From Muribaculaceae bacterium (GTDB lineage Bacteria; Bacteroidota; Bacteroidia; Bacteroidales; G3-4614), in assembly GCA_017546805.1 (NCBI GenBank), contig JAFYRT010000063.1, positions 10,289 to 74,288 on the forward strand: a DNA stretch of 64,000 nt, given 5' to 3'. A program made the position numbers and the translations under genes. The notes under the pieces were generated by a model. The model did no database searches. It was not told where the DNA came from and saw only the letters and a list, made by a program, of their open reading frames with translations. This document shows positions 31,264 through 40,149 of this stretch, in pieces (position 1 is the stretch's first letter; every line of letters begins with the position of its first letter).

Positions 31264-31716
31264 ATGAATATATTCGATAAAATAAGCGATGGCATTAAAG
31301 AGGCTATGAAGGCAAAAGACCAAGTACGCCTTGATACTTTGCGAGCAATAAAAAAAGAGTTTATTGAAGCAAAAACAGCAAAAGGTGCCGATGGAGAATT
31401 GAATGACGACACAGCCATGAAAATTCTCGTGAAGATGGTAAAACAACGTAAAGAGGGAGCAGAGATATTTGCGGCAAACAATCGCCAAGACATCGCAGAT
31501 TTGAACCTTGCAGAGGCTAAAATCATAGAGGAATTCCTACCAAAACAATTAACAGAGGAGGAACTCGAAGAGGCTCTAAAAGCCATTATCTCTCGCTTGG
31601 GAGCAACCACACCTCAACAAATGGGAATGGTAATGGGAACTGCAACAAAAGAGTTGGCAGGACGTGCCGAAGGAAAAGCAATATCAGCAAAAGTAAAAGA
31701 ATTATTATCAAAATAA
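31264..31716 (+). CDS. GatB/YqeY domain protein
   Basis: 150 aa. DKISDGIKEAMKAKDQVRLDTLRAIK is typical of the YqeY family. Confidence 0.8.
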   Translation: MNIFDKISDGIKEAMKAKDQVRLDTLRAIKKEFIEAKTAKGADGELNDDTAMKILVKMVKQRKEGAEIFAANNRQDIADLNLAEAKIIEEFLPKQLTEEELEEALKAIISRLGATTPQQMGMVMGTATKELAGRAEGKAISAKVKELLSK

Positions 31717-31729
31717 ACAACATAAGACA

Positions 31730-33010
31730 ATGTTAACATTAGCAGCAATTAAAGAGAACCCCGACGACATAATACGCCGATTGGCTCGCAAACACTTTGA
31801 CGCAAAAGAATTAATTGAAAAAGTCATTGAAACAGACAAAGTACGTAGAGCAACACAAGCCGAATTAGACTCTGCATTATCTCAAATCAAAACCCTTTCA
31901 TCACAAATAGGTATGTTGATGAAAAACGGAGAGAAAGAGAAAGCAGAAGAGGCAAAACAAGAGGTTGCATCTCTAAAAGAGAAAACTGCTCGTTTAGACG
32001 AGGAGATGACAAATGCAGAGAAAGCAATCACAGAGATACTTCTTACAATCCCCAATACTCCTTGCGACCTTGTTCCTGACGGAAGAACAGCAGAGGACAA
32101 CGTAGTGGCAAAAGAGGGTGGCAACATGCCCGACCTTTCAGAGGAGGCACTACCTCACTGGGAGTTGGCTAAAATCTACGATTTAATTGACTTTGAATTG
32201 GGAGTTAAAATCTCAGGAGCAGGATTCCCTGTATATAAAGGCAACGGAGCAAGACTACAAAGAGCATTGATTAACTTCTTCCTTGACAACGCTCGCGAGG
32301 CAGGATACCTAGAGGTACAACCTCCATACGTTGTAAACGCAGCATCTGGTTACGGAACAGGACAATTACCCGACAAAGAGGGACAAATGTACCACTGCAA
32401 CGAGGATGACCTATACCTTATCCCAACAGCCGAAGTACCTGTAACAAACATCTACCGCGATGTAATTCTTGAGGAGAAAGACCTACCTTGCAAAAACACA
32501 GCATACTCTGCATGTTTCCGTCGCGAGGCAGGCTCATATGGTAAAGACGTACGCGGTTTGAACCGTCTACACCAATTCGACAAAGTTGAGATTGTACGCA
32601 TCGAAAAACCTGAGAACTCATACGCAGCTCTTGACGAAATGGTAGCATACGTACAAACACTTGTAGAGAAATTGGAGTTGCCATGGAGAATATTGCGTCT
32701 ATGCGGTGGTGATATGAGCTTCACATCAGCACTTACATACGACTTTGAGGTATTCTCTGCTGCACAAAAACGTTGGTTGGAGGTATCATCAGTATCAAAC
32801 TTCGAGAGCTACCAATCAAACCGTTTGAAATGCCGTTACCGCGGTGGCGACAAAAAAACACAACTTGTACACACTCTAAACGGAAGTGCATTGGCATTAC
32901 CCCGTATAGTTGCAGCATTGTTGGAGAACAACCAAACTCCCGAAGGAATTCGCATACCTAAAGCATTAGTTCCTTATATGGGCGGAATGGAGATGATCAC
33001 AAAAGCATAA
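31730..33010 (+). CDS. serS: Serine--tRNA ligase
   Basis: 426 aa. It has an N-terminal coiled-coil arm and class II motifs (FRREAGSYGKDVRGLNRLHQFDKVE, LNGSALALPR). Confidence 0.96.
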   Translation: MLTLAAIKENPDDIIRRLARKHFDAKELIEKVIETDKVRRATQAELDSALSQIKTLSSQIGMLMKNGEKEKAEEAKQEVASLKEKTARLDEEMTNAEKAITEILLTIPNTPCDLVPDGRTAEDNVVAKEGGNMPDLSEEALPHWELAKIYDLIDFELGVKISGAGFPVYKGNGARLQRALINFFLDNAREAGYLEVQPPYVVNAASGYGTGQLPDKEGQMYHCNEDDLYLIPTAEVPVTNIYRDVILEEKDLPCKNTAYSACFRREAGSYGKDVRGLNRLHQFDKVEIVRIEKPENSYAALDEMVAYVQTLVEKLELPWRILRLCGGDMSFTSALTYDFEVFSAAQKRWLEVSSVSNFESYQSNRLKCRYRGGDKKTQLVHTLNGSALALPRIVAALLENNQTPEGIRIPKALVPYMGGMEMITKA

Positions 33011-33040
33011 GAGAGTGCGATAATAACAATATTTCATTTA

Positions 33041-33084
33041 AAATAAGTATCTTTGTACCGCAAAATACAGAGATACTTATTTTA
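33041..33084 (+). terminator. serS terminator hairpin that also contains a GTATCTTTG promoter-type motif
   Basis: A 17-bp stem AAATAAGTATCTTTGTA (33041-33057) / TACAGAGATACTTATTT (33066-33082) with one G-U pair, followed by TTT. TATCTTTG lies at 33048-33055. Confidence 0.65.
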
Positions 33085-33153
33085 TGTAATAAAATCTGTA
33101 ACAAGCAACTATAATAAGAGTATTAACAAACACAATATAACTTAAAAACAACT

Positions 33154-34257
33154 ATGGCATTACAATGCGGAATTGTTGGATTACCCAACGTAGGAAAATC
33201 AACCCTTTTTAACTGTCTATCAAACGCAAAAGCACAAGCTGCAAACTTCCCTTTCTGTACAATTGAACCCAACGTAGGAGTTATTACCGTTCCTGACGAA
33301 AGATTAAACAAATTGGCAGAGATAATCAATCCTCAACGTATAGTACCAACAACAGTTGAGATTGTTGATATTGCCGGTCTTGTAAAAGGCGCAAGCAAAG
33401 GTGAGGGATTAGGAAACAAATTCCTTGCAAACATCCGCGAGACAGATGCCATACTACACGTATTGCGTTGCTTCGACGATGAGAACATCACTCACGTTGA
33501 CGGCTCAATCAACCCTGTTCGCGACAAAGAGATTATCGATTACGAGCTACAGATTCGCGACTTGGAGACTGTAGAGTCAAGACTTCAAAAAGTACAAAAA
33601 CAGGCACAAACAGGAGGCGACAAAAACGCAAAACTAATCTGTGATGTACTATTGGCATATAAAGCAGCCTTGGAACAAGGCAAACCTGCACGCAGTGTAA
33701 CTTTTGAGACAAAAGACGAGCAAAAGGCAGCACGCGAGTTGTTCCTTCTCACATCAAAACCCGTACTATATGTTTGTAACGTAGACGAGGCTTCGGCTGC
33801 GAACGGAAACAAATATGTTGACGCAGTAAGAGAGGCTATCAAAGACGAGAATGCAGAGTTGTTGATAGTATCAGCAAAAATAGAGTCTGAAATTGCAGAA
33901 TTTGAGACATACGAGGAGCGTCAAATGTTCCTTGAAGAGATAGGACTTAAAGAGTCAGGTATGGCTCGTTTAATACAATCTGCATACCGCTTACTTGACC
34001 TTGAGACATATATCACAGCAGGAGTTCAAGAGGTAAGAGCTTGGACATACATTAAGGGAAGTAAAGCACCTCAATGTGCAGGAGTAATCCACACCGACTT
34101 CGAAAAAGGATTTATCCGTGCCGAGGTAATCAAATACGAAGACTATATAAAATATGGTTCTGAGGCAGCATGTCGCGAGGCAGGAAAAATCAGCATTGAA
34201 GGAAAAGATTACACTGTACAAGACGGAGATATAATGCACTTCCGCTTTAACGTATAG
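33154..34257 (+). CDS. ychF: Redox-regulated ATPase YchF
   Basis: 367 aa. It has the G1 motif [15 protein letters not shown] and a C-terminal TGS domain (GFIRAEV). Confidence 0.95.
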   Translation: MALQCGIVGLPNVGKSTLFNCLSNAKAQAANFPFCTIEPNVGVITVPDERLNKLAEIINPQRIVPTTVEIVDIAGLVKGASKGEGLGNKFLANIRETDAILHVLRCFDDENITHVDGSINPVRDKEIIDYELQIRDLETVESRLQKVQKQAQTGGDKNAKLICDVLLAYKAALEQGKPARSVTFETKDEQKAARELFLLTSKPVLYVCNVDEASAANGNKYVDAVREAIKDENAELLIVSAKIESEIAEFETYEERQMFLEEIGLKESGMARLIQSAYRLLDLETYITAGVQEVRAWTYIKGSKAPQCAGVIHTDFEKGFIRAEVIKYEDYIKYGSEAACREAGKISIEGKDYTVQDGDIMHFRFNV

Positions 34258-34276
34258 CAGACAGCACAAGGTCAAG

Positions 34277-34864
34277 ATGGCTCCACAAAAAACAGCATGC
34301 GTATATTGTGCATCAAGTTCCAAAGCCGACAAGGTGTATATTGATGCCGCCTACACTCTTGGCAAACTATTTGCCAAGAATGGTATACGTTGCGTATTTG
34401 GTGCCGGAAAAACCGGACTTATGGGAGCATTGGCGAGAGGAGTAATGGATAATCAGGGAGAGATAATAGGTGTAATCCCTGAATTCATGATAGCAGAGGG
34501 GTGGGGTAACGAAGATTTGACACAATTAAAAATTACCCCTACCATACACTCTCGCAAAGAGACCATGGCTCAACTATCAGATGCAACAATAGCAATGCCC
34601 GGAGGATGCGGAACACTTGAGGAGTTGATGGAGATTATAACCTGGAAGCAATTGGGATTATTCTCGGGAGCAGTTATAATACTGAATATAAACAACTACT
34701 ACACTCCGCTTATCGAAATGTTGGAGCGAGCAGTAGAGGAAAACTTTATGCGAGAAGAGCATAGAGCAATATGGCAAGTGGTAACAACACCCCAAGAGGC
34801 AATAGAGGCGTTGAATGAGAATGCCGAGTGGATAAAAGATGCCCGAAAAATAGCAGCAATATAG
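34277..34864 (+). CDS. LOG-family (TIGR00730) nucleotide 5'-monophosphate nucleosidase
   Basis: 195 aa. It has the GAGKTGLMG and PGGCGTLEEL motifs. Confidence 0.85.
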   Translation: MAPQKTACVYCASSSKADKVYIDAAYTLGKLFAKNGIRCVFGAGKTGLMGALARGVMDNQGEIIGVIPEFMIAEGWGNEDLTQLKITPTIHSRKETMAQLSDATIAMPGGCGTLEELMEIITWKQLGLFSGAVIILNINNYYTPLIEMLERAVEENFMREEHRAIWQVVTTPQEAIEALNENAEWIKDARKIAAI

Positions 34865-34872
34865 ACTCTCCT

Positions 34873-35649
34873 ATGACCACACAAACAACAGACACGCTAC
34901 AAACAGACTCAATTACCCTCTTAAACTGTGCAGAGAGCACAAATATAACACTCTGCAGGATAGAGGATAAGACAACCCTGATTGTAGAAGAGGAGGGCTT
35001 TGAAGGCATACCACGCCATCAAAACAACAGCTATAACAACTCTCTGCTCATATTCCTTATATTCTCATTCTTTGTAATATTCGTGGCAATAAGCCGAAGA
35101 AAGATATCGTTGCGCACAATCATAAGCAACAAAGAGGAGAGCAAAGATGAAGTGAGACACACAATCATTGATCTGGGAACAACCATGTCGCTATGCGCAA
35201 TAACCATCATAACATATGCGATAACACTAATATATCTCACCTCCGAAACAATCTTTCAACCCGCACTTACATTAGAGAATATATCTCTATTAAGCACGGT
35301 AATAGGTGGAGCAATAATTACTCAACAAGCAGTTCTTTGGATAACAGGAAACCTCTTTTTTGAAAGAAACGAAACAAAACAATTCTTAAAAGAGAACATA
35401 ACATATTACACCATCCCTGCAATAATTTTAACCCCTGCAATAACCTCATACATACTATCTCTATGCGGCGATAAAACACTGATATACATCGTATTAACTA
35501 TTGCATTTATAGTGCGTTTAATATTCGTTATAAGAAATTTTAAGAAATTTAAACACAATGTAGGTACAACTTGTTATAATATTTTGTATCTTTGCACCGC
35601 CGAAATCGCACCCATAGCCATTATCTATAAATGGACATTAAACATCTGA
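34873..35649 (+). CDS. DUF4271-like polytopic membrane protein
   Basis: The start is set at ATG 34873 (MTTQTTD), downstream of the LOG stop. It has multiple TM helices. Its position upstream of a hemD-like gene matches Bacteroidota synteny as I recall it. Confidence 0.55.
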   Translation: MTTQTTDTLQTDSITLLNCAESTNITLCRIEDKTTLIVEEEGFEGIPRHQNNSYNNSLLIFLIFSFFVIFVAISRRKISLRTIISNKEESKDEVRHTIIDLGTTMSLCAITIITYAITLIYLTSETIFQPALTLENISLLSTVIGGAIITQQAVLWITGNLFFERNETKQFLKENITYYTIPAIILTPAITSYILSLCGDKTLIYIVLTIAFIVRLIFVIRNFKKFKHNVGTTCYNILYLCTAEIAPIAIIYKWTLNI

Positions 35650-35718
35650 TGTTTAGAAAGATATCTTTTTCGGTAAAAGATAAAAACCTTATACAAATAC
35701 TATAAAAAAAGCTGTACC

Positions 35719-36480
35719 GTGTCAAAAATTAAGAGAATTCTCGTATCACAACCACGTCCCGATAACGAAAAATCACCATATTTCACAATGGCCGAGAAGT
35801 ACGGTGTTGACATCGTTTTTCGCCCCTTCATCAAAGTAGAGGGAGTATGCGCAAAAGAGTTCCGTCAACAAAAAGTATACATCGATGAATATACAGCTAT
35901 TATATTCACCGCACGTACTGCCGTAGACCATTTCTTCAGACTATGTTCGGAGTTGCGAGTAACTATACCCGATACAATGAAATATTTCTGTACATCGGAG
36001 CAAATAGCAAACTACTTGCAAAAATACATACAGTACCGTAAACGTAAAGTTAACTTCAGCGAAACAGGTAAACTTGACGGATTACAAGCACAGCTTACTC
36101 GCAACAAAACAGAAAATTTCTTGTTGCCTATTTCAGATGTAAGCAATGGTGAATTCCCTCTATTGGACAAAATTGGTATCAAATACCAAAAAGCAATAAT
36201 GTACCGTACCGTAAGTAACGACTTCTCACCCGAAGAGGAGTTCAACTACGATATGTTGGTATTCTTCAGCCCTGCAGGAATAAACTCACTAATGAAGAAC
36301 TTCCCAAATTTCGAGCAAGGCGACATAAGAATAGCAACCCTTGGAGCAACAACAGCAAAAGCTGTAACCGACGCAGGCTTGCGATTGGATGTTTCTGCAC
36401 CAACTCCACAATGTCCTTCAATTACAGCCGCAATTGAAGAGTTCTTGAAAGGAGAAGCAAAAGCTACTAAAAAGAAATAG
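35719..36480 (+). CDS. hemD: Uroporphyrinogen-III synthase family protein
   Basis: 253 aa with a GTG start. ILVSQPRP...IFTARTAVDHFF...VFFSPAGI is the pattern of HemD-like two-lobed proteins. Confidence 0.7.
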   Translation: MSKIKRILVSQPRPDNEKSPYFTMAEKYGVDIVFRPFIKVEGVCAKEFRQQKVYIDEYTAIIFTARTAVDHFFRLCSELRVTIPDTMKYFCTSEQIANYLQKYIQYRKRKVNFSETGKLDGLQAQLTRNKTENFLLPISDVSNGEFPLLDKIGIKYQKAIMYRTVSNDFSPEEEFNYDMLVFFSPAGINSLMKNFPNFEQGDIRIATLGATTAKAVTDAGLRLDVSAPTPQCPSITAAIEEFLKGEAKATKKK

Positions 36481-36642
36481 TTCTTTTTTTAGAAATAAAG
36501 GTACAACAGTTATAAAGGCGATGTGTCATAATTGACAAACTACTGTGTTGTTTTCAATATTAGGGCTCAGTCATGTACATAGGCACACTCCTTTCGCCCT
36601 AAATTTCAACGCCTTGTATTTTATCAATTCTTACAAATCTTA

Positions 36643-36689
36643 AGAGGCTGATATCAAAATTTGCATTTTGACACAGTCTCTTTTATTTA
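36643..36689 (+). terminator. Terminator-like hairpin (member of the GTGTCAAAAT/TTTGGCAC hairpin family)
   Basis: 5' arm AGAGGCTGATATCAAAAT (36643-36660), loop TTGC, 3' arm ATTTTGACACAGTCTCT (36665-36681), with 2 mismatches and 1 G-U pair. It is followed by TTTATTTAT. Confidence 0.5.
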
Positions 36690-36775
36690 TGTCAATTTTG
36701 AAATAAATCTCGAAGAGACTATCGCCTGCGGTGAAATATTCAAGTAAACTTGATACTATTTCGCTCGCTTATTCG

Positions 36776-36783
36776 TATCTTTG
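36776..36783 (+). promoter_or_regulatory. -7 promoter motif immediately upstream of rnpA
   Basis: TATCTTTG (TAnnTTTG) ends 6 nt before the rnpA ATG at 36790. The same GTATCTTTG core occurs at 33047 and 39471. Confidence 0.4.
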
Positions 36784-36789
36784 CAACAA

Positions 36790-37203
36790 ATGAAAAGCGA
36801 AAAAAAATATTCATTACCTCAAGAGGAGAGGCTGAAAGGGAAAATCAGAATAGATAACCTATTCAGCAATGCAAAAGGAGTACTTTCGTACCCCTACAGG
36901 GTTCTTTTTGCTCCCAACGGCACTAATAAAAGTGCAATAATGGTATCCATTCCCAAACGTAAGTTTAAACATGCCGTAGACCGTAACCTGTTACGTCGCA
37001 GAACGCGCGAGGCATACCGACTAAACAAAGCGATATTAAGCGAAGCAACCGAGAACAAAGGATTGGACATTGCCATTCTATATATAGGAGATAAAAAAGA
37101 GGAGTTTGCATATCTGCAAAAAAAGATGTGCGATGCCTTGAATAAAATAGCGACAAAAGTCTCTGAAGAGAAACAACAAACAACGCCACCTTGCGAATCT
37201 TAA
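36790..37203 (+). CDS. rnpA: Ribonuclease P protein component
   Basis: It has [17 protein letters not shown] and the RNR-like basic motif ([16 protein letters not shown]). The start is placed at ATG 36790; the track start is a TTG at 36781. Confidence 0.85.
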   Translation: MKSEKKYSLPQEERLKGKIRIDNLFSNAKGVLSYPYRVLFAPNGTNKSAIMVSIPKRKFKHAVDRNLLRRRTREAYRLNKAILSEATENKGLDIAILYIGDKKEEFAYLQKKMCDALNKIATKVSEEKQQTTPPCES

Positions 37204-37409
37204 GCTACATACTGCTACTACCCATATATTTTTACAGAGCTTGTATATCACCTCTGTTTCCGCCGTCATGCCGATACACCCCGACATGTTCGCAATATGC
37301 AATAGAGGCCATTAAAAAGCATGGACCGTTTAAAGGCTTTTGGTTAGCCCTAAAAAGAATATTACGTTGTCATCCGTGGGGGGGTAGCGGATACGACCCC
37401 GTTCCATAA
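37191..37409 (+). CDS. yidD: Membrane protein insertion efficiency factor YidD
   Basis: 72 aa. [31 protein letters not shown]...[17 protein letters not shown] is the classic YidD sequence. It has a TTG start that overlaps the rnpA 3' end. Confidence 0.9.
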   Translation: MRILSYILLLPIYFYRACISPLFPPSCRYTPTCSQYAIEAIKKHGPFKGFWLALKRILRCHPWGGSGYDPVP

Positions 37410-37420
37410 TAAAAAGAATC

Positions 37421-38053
37421 ATGTATATAAATATACATAGCCACACGCTTGAAATCCCTAAGGATAACCATTTGAGCATATACAACCTGCAACTTCAAAG
37501 CTCTATCACTCCACCCAAAACAGAGAGGTTCTCTGCAGGAATACACCCTTGGTATATCCCCAAAAATCCCAAACAAGCCATTGAAATGCTAAAAGCATTA
37601 ACCCTTAAAAGCAATATGGTGGCAATAGGCGAGTGTGGATTGGATAAACTATGCCAAACACCCTTTGAGTTACAAAAAGAGTTGTTTAAAGCTCAAATAA
37701 ACATATCTGAGAAGAGTAAAAAGCCTCTCATAATACATTGCGTAAAGAGCTATAACGAAATTGTGGAACTCAAAAAAGAGACAAATCCCACACAAACGTG
37801 GATAATACACGGCTTCAGAGGCAAAGCCGAAGTAGCCGCAATGCTCACAAAAGCAGGAATAGTTCTCTCCATAGGTGAAAAATTCAACCCGGAAACCATA
37901 AAGAGCATAGCAATAGAAAACCTACTGATTGAGAACGACGAAAGCCCAATACCAATAGAGGAGATATACCAAAATATAGCCACCACACGCAACATATCGC
38001 TCTCGGAGTTACAAAAAGAGGTAGAAAAAACATATAAAAAGATATTTCAATAA
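37421..38053 (+). CDS. TatD-family metal-dependent hydrolase
   Basis: 210 aa. It has INIHSHT, GECGLDK and LIIHCV motifs. Confidence 0.8.
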   Translation: MYINIHSHTLEIPKDNHLSIYNLQLQSSITPPKTERFSAGIHPWYIPKNPKQAIEMLKALTLKSNMVAIGECGLDKLCQTPFELQKELFKAQINISEKSKKPLIIHCVKSYNEIVELKKETNPTQTWIIHGFRGKAEVAAMLTKAGIVLSIGEKFNPETIKSIAIENLLIENDESPIPIEEIYQNIATTRNISLSELQKEVEKTYKKIFQ

Positions 38054-38133
38054 AGCAGAACAACAATAATTTAGAGAAAAATATGTAACTTCGCAATCTC
38101 TAAAAACAAGATTAATAATAAAACCACATAAAT

Positions 38134-39432
38134 ATGAACTTTAACTTTGTAGAAGAACTTCGTTGGAGAGGCATGATACACGACATTATGCCCGGAACCG
38201 AAGAGCAATTGCAAAAAGAGATGACTGTTGCATACGTAGGTATCGACCCAACAGCAGACTCATTGCACATAGGACACCTTGTAGGAGTAATGATGCTTCG
38301 CCACTTCCAAAGAGCAGGACACAAACCCCTTGCCCTAATCGGAGGAGCAACAGGAATGATTGGTGACCCTTCAATGAAATCGCAAGAACGTAACCTATTG
38401 GATGAGGCAACACTACGCCACAACCAAGAGGCTATCAAAAAACAACTATCAAAATTCTTGGATTTCGATTCAGACGCACCCAACAGTGCAGAGTTGGTAA
38501 ACAACTACGACTGGATGAAAGAGTTTTCGTTCCTTGATTTTATCCGTATTGTAGGAAAACACATCACAGTAAACTACATGATGGCCAAAGACTCTGTTAA
38601 ACGTCGTTTGGCAGGAGAGGGAACATCAGGACTATCATTTACAGAGTTCTCATACCAATTGGTACAAGGATACGACTTCACATACCTAAACAAAACAAAA
38701 GGATGTAAATTACAAATGGGTGGTTCGGATCAATGGGGTAACATCACAACAGGAACCGAGCTTATACGTCGTATGAATGGCGACGAGGCATTTGCACTTA
38801 CATGTCCTTTGATTACAAAAGCCGACGGAGGAAAATTCGGTAAAACAGAATCGGGTAACGTATGGTTGGATCCTCGTTACACATCACCCTACAAATTCTA
38901 CCAATTCTGGTTGAATGTAGGCGATGCCGATGCTGAAAAATATATCAAAATCTTTACATCTCTTACAAAAGAGGAGATTGAAGCCTTGGTTGCAGAACAA
39001 AATGCAGCACCTCACCTACGCCCATTGCAAAAGAAATTGGCAGAAGAGGTAACAGTAATGGTACACTCTCGCGAGGCATACGAAGCAGCAGTTGAGGCAT
39101 CACAAATTCTATTTGGAGGAGCAACATCTGAAGCTCTACGCAAAATTGACGAAGAAACACTGTTAAGTGTATTTGAAGGCGTTCCTCAATTTGAGATAAA
39201 CAAAGAGGATTTAAAAGAGGGAGTAAAAGCAGTTGATTTGTTAGCTGAAAAAACAGCAGTATTCCCCTCAAAAGGCGAAATGCGCAAAACCGTTCAAGGC
39301 GGTGGAGTAATGATAAACAAAGAGAAACTTACAGCATTTGATGCAGTAATTGGCGAGGAATCATTACTTAATGGCAAGTATATTTTAGCACAAAGAGGTA
39401 AAAAGAACTACTTTTTAATCATTGCGAAGTAA
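38134..39432 (+). CDS. tyrS: Tyrosine--tRNA ligase
   Basis: 432 aa. It has HIGH (SLHIGHL) and KMSKS-type (KFGKT) motifs and a C-terminal S4 domain. Confidence 0.96.
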   Translation: MNFNFVEELRWRGMIHDIMPGTEEQLQKEMTVAYVGIDPTADSLHIGHLVGVMMLRHFQRAGHKPLALIGGATGMIGDPSMKSQERNLLDEATLRHNQEAIKKQLSKFLDFDSDAPNSAELVNNYDWMKEFSFLDFIRIVGKHITVNYMMAKDSVKRRLAGEGTSGLSFTEFSYQLVQGYDFTYLNKTKGCKLQMGGSDQWGNITTGTELIRRMNGDEAFALTCPLITKADGGKFGKTESGNVWLDPRYTSPYKFYQFWLNVGDADAEKYIKIFTSLTKEEIEALVAEQNAAPHLRPLQKKLAEEVTVMVHSREAYEAAVEASQILFGGATSEALRKIDEETLLSVFEGVPQFEINKEDLKEGVKAVDLLAEKTAVFPSKGEMRKTVQGGGVMINKEKLTAFDAVIGEESLLNGKYILAQRGKKNYFLIIAK

Positions 39433-39448
39433 TTTTTTTGAAAAAAGA

Positions 39449-39479
39449 TTTGCAGTATTAAAAAAAAGTAGTATCTTTG
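39449..39479 (+). promoter_or_regulatory. Bacteroidota sigma-A-type promoter for tRNA-Gln
   Basis: TTTG (39449-39452), then a 19-nt spacer, then TATCTTTG (39472-39479). This is about 43 nt upstream of the tRNA. Confidence 0.55.
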
Positions 39480-39521
39480 CACCCGTTACGCAAGGTTAAA
39501 GTCCTGCGAACGAATAAGGAT

Positions 39522-39592
39522 TGTCTTATGGTGTAATGGTAGCACTGCAGTTTTTGGTTCTGCCTGTCTAGGTTCGAGTCCTGGTAAGACAA
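39522..39592 (+). tRNA. tRNA-Gln (anticodon UUG)
   Basis: Hand-folded cloverleaf: acceptor TGTCTTA/TAAGACA, D-arm GTGT-AATGGTA-GCAC, anticodon arm GCAGT-TTTTGGT-TCTGC (anticodon TTG), T-arm CTAGG-TTCGAGT-CCTGG. CCA is not encoded. Confidence 0.85.
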
Positions 39593-39595
39593 CAG

Positions 39596-39623
39596 AAAGG
39601 TCGCTAATCAGCGACCTTTTTTT
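39596..39623 (+). terminator. Rho-independent terminator after tRNA-Gln
   Basis: A 9-bp stem AAAGGTCGC/GCGACCTTT with a 6-nt loop, running into a T-run (to 39623). Confidence 0.75.
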
Positions 39624-39740
39624 ATTTCAAAAACTTCTCAATAAGAAATTCATAAATCTCTTATTAGGCTAATTGGTTCTATTCGACCAATTGGTTTAAT
39701 TTGTTTTTACCCAACACTATTTCCACAAACCGTATAAAAA

Positions 39741-39772
39741 CAAAAAAGAGACGCTTTCACAAGTGTCTCTTT
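39741..39772 (-). terminator. Rho-independent terminator after the tRNA-Asn pair
   Basis: Stem AAAGAGAC.../...GTCTCTTT (39745-39772). On the minus strand it is followed by TTTTTG. Confidence 0.65.
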
Positions 39773-39776
39773 CTTG

Positions 39777-39850
39777 CTCTTCAGGTTGGACTTGAACCAA
39801 CGACCCTCTGATTAACAGTCAGATGCTCTAACCGACTGAGCTACTGAAGA
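39777..39850 (-). tRNA. tRNA-Asn (anticodon GUU), copy 1
   Basis: The minus strand reads TCTTCAGTAGCTCAGTCGGTTAGAGCATCTGACTGTTAATCAGAGGGTCGTTGGTTCAAGTCCAACCTGAAGAG. It folds as a canonical cloverleaf with anticodon loop CTGTTAA. Confidence 0.92.
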
Positions 39851-39879
39851 ATAATATTTTATAGGTAGTTATGAAAAGG

Positions 39880-39953
39880 CTCTTCAGGTTGGACTTGAAC
39901 CAACGACCCTCTGATTAACAGTCAGATGCTCTAACCGACTGAGCTACTGAAGA
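39880..39953 (-). tRNA. tRNA-Asn (anticodon GUU), copy 2
   Basis: A 74-nt sequence identical to copy 1, separated from it by a 29-nt spacer. Confidence 0.92.
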
Positions 39954-39984
39954 AGATTTTGCACTCCTCTCTCGAAATGCAGTG

Positions 39985-39992
39985 CAAAAGTA
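39985..39992 (-). promoter_or_regulatory. -7 promoter motif for the tRNA-Asn pair
   Basis: The minus strand reads TACTTTTG, about 32 nt upstream of tRNA-Asn copy 2. Confidence 0.4.
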
Positions 39993-40149
39993 AGTCCATT
40001 TTTCCAATTATGCAACTTATCTGCCATTTTTTTTAAAGAAAAGAGATAAATAGAGGTAAAAAAAGGCTATTTTGCAACATTCTTAATCATTTTTATGTTG
40101 CAGATAAGCCAAAAGATAACTACCTTCGCATATATAAACACACACAAAC

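Noticed and set aside
36481-36789. An expected rpmH (L34) gene or a small RNA gene upstream of rnpA.
   Set aside because: There is no ORF encoding the basic L34 sequence in any frame. There is no promoter motif at the 5' side of the region, so it is most simply the 3' UTR/terminator of hemD plus the rnpA promoter.
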